A stretch of DNA of 50,702 nt. It comes from Aeromonadales bacterium (GTDB lineage: Bacteria; Pseudomonadota; Gammaproteobacteria; Enterobacterales; GCA-002770795). The notes under the pieces are model-generated. The model was given only the letters and a program-made list of their open reading frames with translations, searched no databases and was not told where the DNA came from. The translations under genes and the position numbers were made by a program. Below are positions 17,486-25,738 of the stretch, one piece after another; position 1 is the first letter of the stretch, and each line of letters opens with the position of its first letter. The DNA lies in NCBI GenBank assembly GCA_011322365.1, contig DRNA01000172.1, positions 1-50,702 of the forward strand, written 5' to 3'.

Positions 17486-18568
17486 ATGACAGATAAACAG
17501 AAACAGGGTGTTCATGCTGTCAGTCAGGATTTTAAAGCCTATGAACAGGTAGAAAAAAACCAGAACTACCATCTGGCTGAAACCCCGGATGCCGATGAGT
17601 TCGATGAAGATTTTGTTATACAGACTCTCGATATGAGTGGGCTTCTAAGCGGCGACAAACAGGCCGGTAATTTATTTGCACAACAGTTAGGTAAAGCCAT
17701 GGAAGAGATAGGCTTTGTTATTCTCACGGGGCATGGTGTGGATACTGCGCTTTATGAAGAAGCCCAAGTTAAAATAAAGCAGTTTTTTGAAACCATCAGT
17801 GAACAGCAAAAATTAAACTATCTGGCCCAACGAGAAGGTTCGGTAAATCAGGGTTATTTTCCGATAAAACAAACCACCATTATCCACCCCGATCTGGTGC
17901 AGGGATGGGTATTCTGTCGTCGCGCCTTTAATATGGATAACGACAGCGACTATCAGGAAGATAAATTCTGGCCGGAGAAACATTATGAAGCTTTTTTCCG
18001 AAAAATATGTCAGGCACATGAGAAATTGGTGTTGCCGATAATGCAGAGCATTCTGCATTATTTTGACTGTGACAAAACTTTATATGATGAAAAACTCACC
18101 CGAGCTAATTTTGGCTTCAGATTGAATTATTATCCGCCACTGAACGATGAAGACATAAGTTCTGGTGCAGGCAGAATGTTAGGTCATGAAGATGTCGATC
18201 TTTTCACACTATTACCCGCACAGGATCTGGATGGATTACAGGTGCTTAATCGGAAAAATATGAAATGGGTGAAACTCAAAGCGCCTCAGGGCAGTATTGT
18301 AATGAATACGGGTGACTACATGCAACGTATCACTAATGACCGCCTTCCTTCTACAACGCATCGTGTCAGCTCGCCTCGTGATGAGTCTCGAATGCGAAAG
18401 TGTAGAATTTCTTTTCCCATGGCCATCTATATCCGCGAAAATGAGTACCTTGAGGTGCTTCCCGGATTGGAAAACCCACACTACCCGCCCATTAAAGCCA
18501 TCGACTTTCACACCAGAATCACCAGCAAATATTATGGTGATGATTATGCAATACGCCAGGAAAAATGA
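17486..18568 (+). CDS. 2-oxoglutarate/Fe(II)-dependent oxygenase (isopenicillin-N-synthase-like family)
   Basis: HxD (GHEDVDLFTLL), a distal His (STTHRV) and RxS (RISFP). There is an acidic N-terminal extension of about 45 aa. Confidence 0.8.
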   Translation: MTDKQKQGVHAVSQDFKAYEQVEKNQNYHLAETPDADEFDEDFVIQTLDMSGLLSGDKQAGNLFAQQLGKAMEEIGFVILTGHGVDTALYEEAQVKIKQFFETISEQQKLNYLAQREGSVNQGYFPIKQTTIIHPDLVQGWVFCRRAFNMDNDSDYQEDKFWPEKHYEAFFRKICQAHEKLVLPIMQSILHYFDCDKTLYDEKLTRANFGFRLNYYPPLNDEDISSGAGRMLGHEDVDLFTLLPAQDLDGLQVLNRKNMKWVKLKAPQGSIVMNTGDYMQRITNDRLPSTTHRVSSPRDESRMRKCRISFPMAIYIRENEYLEVLPGLENPHYPPIKAIDFHTRITSKYYGDDYAIRQEK

Positions 18569-18607
18569 GCTATCTTGATGGGTAAAATTTCATACTTTTT
18601 GCTTTAC

Positions 18608-18627
18608 ATATATGATATAACATATAT
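18608..18627. promoter_or_regulatory. Candidate operator ATATATG-N6-CATATAT upstream of arsR
   Basis: Perfect 7-bp inverted arms with a 6-nt spacer, 39-58 nt upstream of the arsR ATG. Related sites occur at 19027-19045 and 50041-50060. Confidence 0.35.
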
Positions 18628-18665
18628 AATAAGAATCATATGTAAGCTATAGAGGTCATCAGGTT

Positions 18666-19010
18666 ATGAACCCATTGAAATTTTATAAGTGTCTGTCGGA
18701 TGATACCCGTTTGCGTTGTTTGCTACTTATTGAAAAAGAGCACGAGCTTTGTGTGTGTGAATTGACAGCCGCTTTAAAAGAGATCCAGCCGAAAATTTCT
18801 CGCCATCTGGCACAATTGAGAAAATGTGGTCTGTTAATCGATCGTCGCCAAAGTCAGTGGGTATTTTATCAGGTTAATCCACAACTGCCTGAGTGGTGCA
18901 AATTAGTGTTGACACAAACGTTGTCAGCTAACCCTGAATTTATTAAAAAAAATCTACAGCAATTATGCAAGATGGATGATCGGCCAGTTCGCCCGGATAG
19001 TTGCTGTTAA
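18666..19010 (+). CDS. arsR: ArsR/SmtB family metalloregulator
   Basis: ELCVCEL metalloid-binding motif ahead of the wHTH (ISRHLAQLRKCGLL). The protein ends in CC. It heads an arsenic-type gene set. Confidence 0.88.
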   Translation: MNPLKFYKCLSDDTRLRCLLLIEKEHELCVCELTAALKEIQPKISRHLAQLRKCGLLIDRRQSQWVFYQVNPQLPEWCKLVLTQTLSANPEFIKKNLQQLCKMDDRPVRPDSCC

Positions 19011-19072
19011 AAAAATTTACAACTGCATATATGGTTTTTCATATGCTTAAGTTGCGAGTTTTTATGAAAAAT

Positions 19073-19113
19073 TGTCATCCTGAACGGAGCGTAGCGTAGT
19101 TGAAGGATCTTAA
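19073..19113. repeat. Short GTCATCC-type palindromic element
   Basis: The sequence tgtcatcctgaacggagcgtagcgtagttgaaggatcttaaaa is of the same type as the inner ends of the 1411-1789 and 3744-4201 arms. Confidence 0.6.
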
Positions 19114-19159
19114 AATCTGGCATGGAATATTTAATTAAAAATTTATCTGGAGAGAGTTA

Positions 19160-20188
19160 ATGTTTCAAGTATTTACCGATTTTGCCTCCTGGTTGATCTA
19201 CGATGTATTGGGATTATCACCGGCTACACGACTGGGTGATGCGTTACATTTTTTTGTGGAAGATACCAGCAAGATATTTGCACTGTTATTGGTGATGATT
19301 TATGTGATTGCCATTTTGCGCGCTTCACTGAATGTTGAACGGGTGCGGGATTACCTGTCGGCCAAACATCGTGGTGTGGGTTATCTGCTGGGTGCGGGTT
19401 TCGGCGCAGTGACACCTTTTTGTTCCTGTTCCAGTATCCCGGTTTTTCTGGGATTTACATCGGCTGGTATTCCGGTGGGTATTACCATGACATTTCTTAT
19501 TACTTCGCCATTGATTAATGAAATTGCAGTATTACTGTTACTGAGTTTACTGGGTTGGAAGATTACCGTTTTATACGTCATCATTGGTGTCGCTGTGGGA
19601 ATGATGGGTGGCTTTTTTCTGGATTTAATCCATGCTGAAAAGTGGCTGCAGGATTTTGCGGCAAAAGCTTATGCAAAAGCGAAACAACGGGATGCGCTGA
19701 TTAAAAAGGAAGCTGGTGACCAGCCTCTGCTGAGAACTGAGCAACAGAAAATACCCATGAAAGAGCGACATCAGTTTGCGAAAAAAGAAACGGTTGAAAT
19801 TATTCGGCGGGTATGGATATGGGTTTTTATCGGTGTCGGTATGGGCGCAGCGCTACATGGAATTGTTCCAGACGGCTGGTTGCAGCAACACCTCGGTGAG
19901 CGTCAATGGTGGTCTGTACCTGCGGCTGTTTTTTTGGGTATTCCGCTGTATTCAAATGCTACCGGTGTTATTCCGGTGATGGAAAGTCTGATTACCAAAG
20001 GCTTACCACTGGGGACAACACTGGCGTTTTGCATGAGTACCGTAGCCGCCAGCTTCCCCGAATTTATTTTGTTAAAACAGGTTATGCAATGGCGCTTACT
20101 GGCGACATTTTTTATTGTGTTATTGATTGCATTTACGCTGGTGGGCTGGGTATTTAACGCCGCGGGTTTGATGTCATTAATAAGTTAA
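19160..20188 (+). CDS. COG0701-type permease (ArsP-like)
   Basis: Polytopic membrane protein with the TPFCSCSSIP motif typical of this permease family. It is followed by the usual small thioredoxin-like partner. Confidence 0.75.
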   Translation: MFQVFTDFASWLIYDVLGLSPATRLGDALHFFVEDTSKIFALLLVMIYVIAILRASLNVERVRDYLSAKHRGVGYLLGAGFGAVTPFCSCSSIPVFLGFTSAGIPVGITMTFLITSPLINEIAVLLLLSLLGWKITVLYVIIGVAVGMMGGFFLDLIHAEKWLQDFAAKAYAKAKQRDALIKKEAGDQPLLRTEQQKIPMKERHQFAKKETVEIIRRVWIWVFIGVGMGAALHGIVPDGWLQQHLGERQWWSVPAAVFLGIPLYSNATGVIPVMESLITKGLPLGTTLAFCMSTVAASFPEFILLKQVMQWRLLATFFIVLLIAFTLVGWVFNAAGLMSLIS

Positions 20189-20216
20189 TGAGTTACTAAT
20201 GAAAGAGGAAAATAAC

Positions 20217-20453
20217 ATGAAAACTATTAAAGTACTGGGTAGTGGTTGTACTAAATGTGTTAAAACTGCAGAATTTATTGAAAAAGTTGCAACAGAAAAG
20301 GGTATAGATGTTTCCGTTGTAAAAGAAACTAATCCCGAGGCCATTATGGGTTACGGTGTGATGAGCACTCCGGCTGTTGTCATCGACGAAAAGCTGGTTC
20401 ATAGTGGTACCATTCCAACAAAACAGGATATTATCAACTGGTTATACAGTTAA
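20217..20453 (+). CDS. Thioredoxin-family redox-active disulfide protein
   Basis: MKTIKVLGSGCTKC... carries a CxxC motif and is about 78 aa. The ATG at 20217 has AAGAGGAA upstream. The 20199 start in the track is unlikely. Confidence 0.8.
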   Translation: MKTIKVLGSGCTKCVKTAEFIEKVATEKGIDVSVVKETNPEAIMGYGVMSTPAVVIDEKLVHSGTIPTKQDIINWLYS

Positions 20454-20466
20454 ACTAATTAAATGT

Positions 20467-20638
20467 AATAAATCTTCATAGGTAGGTACTTAAGGCAAAG
20501 ATAGTATGTCATCTCGACCGTAGTGGAGAGATCTCGCTCTGGTAGTACCTTTGACACTGTAAGATTCCTCCACCACGGTCGGAATGACACTTCTTTTTTG
20601 TTGTGTTTTCTCTTAAGTACCTACCTATGAATAAATCT
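20467..20638. mobile_element. Complete MITE (nested palindrome)
   Basis: Perfect 19-bp terminal inverted repeat, tcataggtaggtacttaag (20476-20494) with cttaagtacctacctatga (20612-20630). Inner inverted repeat is gtcatctcgaccgtagtggagagatct with agattcctccaccacggtcggaatgac. No ORF. Confidence 0.8.
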
Positions 20639-20657
20639 TAACAATGGGAAAATAAAA

Positions 20658-20885
20658 ATGACAGTTAATAACGCCGTTAATATTTTTGCCGGAACCGTGA
20701 TCATGAGTTCATTGTTACTTGCTCACTATATGCAGCCGATTAATCTGGGCCATCCTGGTTGGATCTGGCTGACTTTTTTTGCCGGGTTCAATCTTTTTCA
20801 AATGGGTTTCACCGGTTTTTGTCCGGCTAAATTTTTATTTAAAAAATTTGGCCTGAAAGATTCTGATGGAAGTTGTTGTTCCTGA
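20658..20885 (+). CDS. DUF2892 (YgaP-like) small membrane protein
   Basis: 75 aa with two TM segments, a FTGFCPAKFLFKKFG motif and a C-terminal CC. Confidence 0.7.
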   Translation: MTVNNAVNIFAGTVIMSSLLLAHYMQPINLGHPGWIWLTFFAGFNLFQMGFTGFCPAKFLFKKFGLKDSDGSCCS

Positions 20886-20942
20886 AACAACAAACCCTTA
20901 CAGTAGTCATAAAGAAATCAACAGGTTAAATGGAGACAGATA

Positions 20943-21956
20943 ATGACAATTAAACTGGGTATCAATGGCTTTGGTCGTATGGGCCGTTTGATTTATCGAG
21001 TGGCGACGGATATGGACAACCTGGAAATTATTCAGGTCAATGATCCGGGTGGTGATGCGCATACCATGGCTCACCTGTTGAATTTTGACTCGGTACATGG
21101 CCATTGGAAATATCAGGCAGAAGATGAAGGTGAAACGGTTAAGGTTAATAATCAACTGACGGCTTTCACTCAGAATCGGGCAATTAATGAAACCGACTGG
21201 TCCGGCTGTGATATTGTTATTGAAGCTTCGGGTCATTTCAAAAACAAAGAAATGTTACAGGACTATCTGCATCAGGGTGTTAAACGGGTTGTGGTAACAG
21301 CACCGGTGAAGCAACAGGGTGTGCTGGATATTGTTATCGGAGTCAATGATCAGCTTTATGACCCCGACAAACACCCCATTGTTTCGGCGGCTTCCTGTAC
21401 CACCAATTGCCTGGCGCCGGTGGTGAAGGTTATTCATGAGAAACTTGGGATTGTTCATGGCTCTATGACCACAATTCACTCGGTCACTAATACTCAGGTT
21501 ATCCTGGATGCCCCCTTAAAGGATTTACGGCGCTCGCGTGCCTGTGGCATGAGCCTGATCCCTACTACAACAGGTTCGGCCACGGCCATTACCCATATTT
21601 TCCCGGAGTTAAAAGGTAAACTGAACGGACACGCTGTTCGTGTGCCACTGGCGAATGCTTCATTAACCGATTGTGTATTTGAAGTCAGTCAATCGACCAG
21701 CGTTGAAGAAGTGAATGCTTTTCTAAAACAGGCATCTGAAAACGAATTAAAAAATATTATGGGTTATGAAGAGCGGCCTCTGGTTTCCATCGATTATAAA
21801 ACTGATCCGCGGTCGAGTATTATTGATGCGTTATCAACTATGGTCGTTAACGGCACACAGGTAAAAATTTATACCTGGTATGATAATGAATGGGGTTATG
21901 CCAATCGGGCTGCTGAGTTGGCACAAAAGATTGGTACTATCGATCTTAGCCGATAA
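20943..21956 (+). CDS. Glyceraldehyde-3-phosphate dehydrogenase (ArsJ-associated type)
   Basis: [12 protein letters not shown]-binding start, active site [10 protein letters not shown] and WYDNEWGY near the C-terminus. It lies directly upstream of arsJ. Confidence 0.92.
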   Translation: MTIKLGINGFGRMGRLIYRVATDMDNLEIIQVNDPGGDAHTMAHLLNFDSVHGHWKYQAEDEGETVKVNNQLTAFTQNRAINETDWSGCDIVIEASGHFKNKEMLQDYLHQGVKRVVVTAPVKQQGVLDIVIGVNDQLYDPDKHPIVSAASCTTNCLAPVVKVIHEKLGIVHGSMTTIHSVTNTQVILDAPLKDLRRSRACGMSLIPTTTGSATAITHIFPELKGKLNGHAVRVPLANASLTDCVFEVSQSTSVEEVNAFLKQASENELKNIMGYEERPLVSIDYKTDPRSSIIDALSTMVVNGTQVKIYTWYDNEWGYANRAAELAQKIGTIDLSR

Positions 21957-22001
21957 TAGTCTCATGACCGTTTGAATCCATTCCGGGCTGGATAAAAACT
22001 T

Positions 22002-23231
22002 ATGTTTAAACTTGTAAATCTGCCGACTGAAATTAAACAATACCTGATCATCACCGGTAATTACTGGGCTTTCACGCTCACCGATGGTGCGCTACGTATG
22101 CTGGTAGTGCTACATTTTTATGAGCTGGGTTACAGTCCGCTACAAATTGCCATGTTGTTTCTGTTTTATGAAATTTTTGGGGTGATTACCAACCTTATTG
22201 GGGGTTGGTTAGGGGCAAGTCTGGGATTAAACCGCACTATGAATATGGGGTTGGGTCTACAGGTTGTGGCACTTTCTATGTTGTTGGTACCCAACACCTT
22301 ACTTACTATCCCCTGGGTGATGGCAGCACAGGCATTATCAGGTATTGCTAAAGATCTGAATAAAATGAGTGCAAAAAGTGCCATTAAAATTCTGGTGCCC
22401 AAAGAGGCTCAAAGCCAGCTTTATAAATGGGTAGCCATACTTACCGGATCTAAAAATACTTTAAAGGGTGCAGGTTTTTTCCTTGGGGGTGCATTGCTTA
22501 CTGTCCTGGGATTTAAAGGTGCCATTTTTTACATGGCATCGTTGTTGGTTATTGTGTGGATATTCAGCTTAATGGCATTGAAGCAGGATCTGGGAAAAGC
22601 AACAGCCAAACCTAAATTCAGCGAGTTGTTTTCCAAAAGCAGGGCTATTAATTATCTTTCAGCCGCACGGATGTTTTTATTTGGTTCTCGTGATGTCTGG
22701 TTTGTGGTGGCACTGCCTGTTTATCTGGATGCGGTTTTCCATTGGGATCATTGGACCGTGGGCGGGTTTATGGCACTCTGGGTTATCGGTTATGGAATTG
22801 TTCAGGGATTTGCACCTAAAATCACCCAAAAAAAGACCTCAAAAGTACCCGATGGAAAAAGTGCCTTTGTCTGGGCGGTCGCCCTTGCCATTATTCCAGC
22901 ATCCATGGCAGTAATGATGAGCAATCAATATCATCTGGTCGAGGTATTAATCGGTGGCCTGATGACTTTTGGTGTATTATTTGCGATTAATTCATCATTA
23001 CACAGTTATCTTATTGTCAGTTATGCCAGTGATGATGGTGTCTCGTTGGATGTGGGGTTTTACTATATGGCTAATGCCATGGGGCGTTTAATGGGAACGG
23101 TTTTATCCGGCTGGGTATATCAGCAATTCGGTTTGGTTGCCTGCTTATGGATCTCGGCTATTTTTATTATACTCGCAGCCGCTCTGTCATTGGGCCTGCC
23201 TCAGCATAAAATTGCCCTGGAGCATCGATGA
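22002..23231 (+). CDS. arsJ: MFS efflux permease ArsJ
   Basis: 12-TM MFS protein with N-terminal YWAFTLTDGALRMLVVLHFYELGYSP, as in ArsJ. It shows the canonical pairing with GAPDH. Confidence 0.8.
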   Translation: MFKLVNLPTEIKQYLIITGNYWAFTLTDGALRMLVVLHFYELGYSPLQIAMLFLFYEIFGVITNLIGGWLGASLGLNRTMNMGLGLQVVALSMLLVPNTLLTIPWVMAAQALSGIAKDLNKMSAKSAIKILVPKEAQSQLYKWVAILTGSKNTLKGAGFFLGGALLTVLGFKGAIFYMASLLVIVWIFSLMALKQDLGKATAKPKFSELFSKSRAINYLSAARMFLFGSRDVWFVVALPVYLDAVFHWDHWTVGGFMALWVIGYGIVQGFAPKITQKKTSKVPDGKSAFVWAVALAIIPASMAVMMSNQYHLVEVLIGGLMTFGVLFAINSSLHSYLIVSYASDDGVSLDVGFYYMANAMGRLMGTVLSGWVYQQFGLVACLWISAIFIILAAALSLGLPQHKIALEHR

Positions 23232-23617
23232 AAACAACTACTATCGGTCAGGCTGCGAAACAACTGGAGATCCATATTGAAACCATACGTTTTTATGAAC
23301 GTAAGGGATTAATCGAACAACCCCAAAAACCCGAGAGCGGTTATCGGCATTATTCAACCGATATCATTAATCGTATTCGTTTTATAAAACGCGCCCAGGA
23401 ACTGGGGTTTACTCTGAAAGAAATTGTTAATTTGCTCTCATTAAATGATCAACCCTGTACTCAGGTTCAGGATTTAGCGGAACAAAAATTGGCTTCCGTG
23501 CAGGAAAAAGTGAAAGATTTACAACGTCTTGAATTCGCTCTAAAGGAAATGATTGTGCAGTGTATGAACAACCCCGACGATGATCATTGCCCTATCATCG
23601 AAGCCCTTCAACCCTGA
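23228..23617 (+). CDS. merR: MerR, Hg(II)-responsive transcriptional regulator
   Basis: N-terminal HTH IGQAAKQLEIHIETIRFYERKGL. Cysteines at residues 77, 112 and 121 give the 35/9 spacing of the Hg-binding Cys triad. The ATG overlaps the arsJ stop (ATGA). Confidence 0.88.
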   Translation: MKTTTIGQAAKQLEIHIETIRFYERKGLIEQPQKPESGYRHYSTDIINRIRFIKRAQELGFTLKEIVNLLSLNDQPCTQVQDLAEQKLASVQEKVKDLQRLEFALKEMIVQCMNNPDDDHCPIIEALQP

Positions 23618-23641
23618 AAACGCCAAAGCTGATGGAATGGC

Positions 23642-23673
23642 TTGACTCCGTAGTAAAGTACGGGGTTTATACT
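23642..23673 (+). promoter_or_regulatory. MerR-type promoter/operator
   Basis: TTGACT (23642-23647), dyad CCGTA-N6-TACGG inside the spacer (23648-23663), then TATACT (23668-23673). This gives an over-long 19-20 nt spacer, as in mer operators. Confidence 0.7.
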
Positions 23674-23710
23674 GGAAAAAGTGATTGAAAACAGGTTGAG
23701 GACAATTGAA

Positions 23711-24160
23711 ATGAACAATGTTTTAAGTTTGGTTACCCGAATTGGTGATAAGGCAAGCTCTCTGGGTGCTGTAGTCTCTGCTATGGGGTGTGCTATGTGT
23801 TTTCCCGCCATTGCCAGTTTGGGTGGAGCTATTGGCCTGGGCTTTCTGGAACAATGGGAATGGACTTTTATTAATACCTGGCTGCCTGCTTTTGCCTGGA
23901 TTGCACTGGTGTTAAATGGATTAGGCTGGTTTAGCCACAGACAATGGAAACGAAGTGCCTGGGGCATGTTAGGCCCAATTTTATTGTTGTTGTCTTTGTA
24001 CCCATTTTTCCCCTACGCCTGGAGTATTTATGTGACTTATTCTGCATTGTTTTTAATGGTGGCAGTCTCATTGTGGGACATTTTTTCGCCTGCCAACAAA
24101 CACTGTGATAATGAGCGTTGTGAAGCCACTTCAACTACTAGCCAGGCTACAGGGGAATAA
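23711..24160 (+). CDS. merC: Mercury transporter MerC
   Basis: MNNVLSLVTRIGDKASSLGAVVSAMGCAMCFPAIASLGGAIGLGFL closely parallels the remembered Tn21 MerC N-terminus. It has four TM segments and WFSHRQW. GAGGA lies upstream of the ATG at 23711. Confidence 0.8.
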   Translation: MNNVLSLVTRIGDKASSLGAVVSAMGCAMCFPAIASLGGAIGLGFLEQWEWTFINTWLPAFAWIALVLNGLGWFSHRQWKRSAWGMLGPILLLLSLYPFFPYAWSIYVTYSALFLMVAVSLWDIFSPANKHCDNERCEATSTTSQATGE

Positions 24161-24162
24161 TT

Positions 24163-25608
24163 ATGACTGAAGTAAGCCGTTGTTGTTCCGATGAAAAATG
24201 TCAATCAGATAAACCGTTGCAGGTGGCCATTATCGGTAGCGGTTCAGCTGCATTTGCCTGTGCTATTAAAGCAGCAGAAGGTGGTGCCGAGGTGACCTTG
24301 ATTGAAGGTGCTGAAGTGATTGGTGGGTGCTGTGTCAATATTGGCTGTGTGCCCTCTAAAATTCTAATTCGAGCGGCACAATTAGCACAGCAACAACGTT
24401 CAAACCCTTTTGAAGGTGTTGCCGACCATAGTCCTCAGATCAGTCGTGTATTATTGGCAAAACAACAAACTGCCCGAGTGGAAGAATTGCGACAGGCGAA
24501 GTATTTAAACATTCTACAATCAAATCCGGCTTTAAAGCTGTTAAAAGGCTGGGCTCGTTTTCAGGATAAAAACACATTTATAGTGAAAAAAGCAGATGGC
24601 AGTGAAAAGGCAATCAAGGCGGACAGAATTTTAATCGCCAGTGGTTCTACACCCATAATCCCGCCCATACCGGGTCTGGATAAAACACCTTACTGGACAT
24701 CCACGGAAGCATTATTCTCAGAGCAATTACCCGAACATCTCATCGTTATCGGTTCATCTGTGATTGCGCTGGAAATAGCACAGGCCTATCGACGTCTGGG
24801 CAGTGAAGTGACTATTCTGGCTCGTCATCACCTGTTGTATAAAGAAGATCCATTATTAGGCGAAGAATTGACAAACTGTTTTGAAAAGGAAGGCATAAAA
24901 GTATGTAACCAGACACAGTCTTCGGAAATTTCGCATGATGGAAAGCAATTTACATTAGTAACTAATGTTGGCACGCTAAGCTCGGATGCACTACTCATTA
25001 GTACAGGACGGCGAGCTAATACTGAAAATCTGGGACTGGAAAATATCAATTTAAAAACTGATGAGAGCGGCAGAATTATCGTTAGTGAAAAAATGAAAAC
25101 TAACGTTAAACATATTTATGCTGCTGGTGATTGTTCCAGTATGCCACAGTACGTTTATGTGGCCGCTGCCGCAGGCAGTCGAGCAGGAATTAATATGACC
25201 GGGGGTGATGCCACACTGGATCTAAGTACCATGCCAGCAGTAATTTTTACCGATCCCCAGGTTGCCACGGTTGGGCTCACCGAAACCGAAGCAAAAGCAC
25301 AGGGCATTGAAACGGTTAGTCGTGTACTGGACATGGAAAATGTCCCCAGAGCATTAGCTAATTTTGAAACCGATGGTTTTATAAAACTGGTGATTGAAAA
25401 AAACAGCGAACAACTTATCGGCGCACAAATTCTGGCCCACGAAGGCGGTGAACTCATCCAGACAGCAGCTCTCGCCATTAAAAATAAAATGAAAATAACC
25501 GAACTCGCTGATCAGTTATTCCCCTACCTGACCATGGTAGAAGGCATCAAACTCTGTGCTCAAACCTTTAATAAAGATGTTAAAGAGCTGTCCTGTTGTG
25601 CCGGGTGA
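24163..25608 (+). CDS. merA: Mercuric reductase MerA (short form, no NmerA domain)
   Basis: FAD fold IIGSGSAAF, redox site GGCCVNIGCVPSK and C-terminal SCCAG. At 481 aa it lacks the N-terminal HMA domain. Confidence 0.92.
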   Translation: MTEVSRCCSDEKCQSDKPLQVAIIGSGSAAFACAIKAAEGGAEVTLIEGAEVIGGCCVNIGCVPSKILIRAAQLAQQQRSNPFEGVADHSPQISRVLLAKQQTARVEELRQAKYLNILQSNPALKLLKGWARFQDKNTFIVKKADGSEKAIKADRILIASGSTPIIPPIPGLDKTPYWTSTEALFSEQLPEHLIVIGSSVIALEIAQAYRRLGSEVTILARHHLLYKEDPLLGEELTNCFEKEGIKVCNQTQSSEISHDGKQFTLVTNVGTLSSDALLISTGRRANTENLGLENINLKTDESGRIIVSEKMKTNVKHIYAAGDCSSMPQYVYVAAAAGSRAGINMTGGDATLDLSTMPAVIFTDPQVATVGLTETEAKAQGIETVSRVLDMENVPRALANFETDGFIKLVIEKNSEQLIGAQILAHEGGELIQTAALAIKNKMKITELADQLFPYLTMVEGIKLCAQTFNKDVKELSCCAG

Positions 25609-25673
25609 TAGTTGGAATTATCTGTTGTTGCATGATTATGGGAATAGATATGTATGCCACTATGACGCACAGT

Positions 25674-25709
25674 TTGACAAGAGTTACTTTGTGTGCCATA
25701 TTGGCGCAC
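25674..25709 (+). promoter_or_regulatory. Candidate promoter with overlapping palindrome for the TA pair
   Basis: TTGACA (25674-25679), a 17-nt spacer and CATATT (25697-25702). The imperfect palindrome gtgtgccatattggcgcac (25691-25709) covers the -10. Confidence 0.45.
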
Positions 25710-25738
25710 AAGAAATAATGAGTTAGGATGTTGAAATT

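Noticed and set aside
20476-20630. A rho-independent terminator or riboswitch as the explanation for the large palindrome between the thioredoxin-like and DUF2892 genes
   Set aside because: The same sequence recurs at three other unrelated loci with conserved termini, so it is a dispersed element. It may still terminate or attenuate transcription, but that is secondary.
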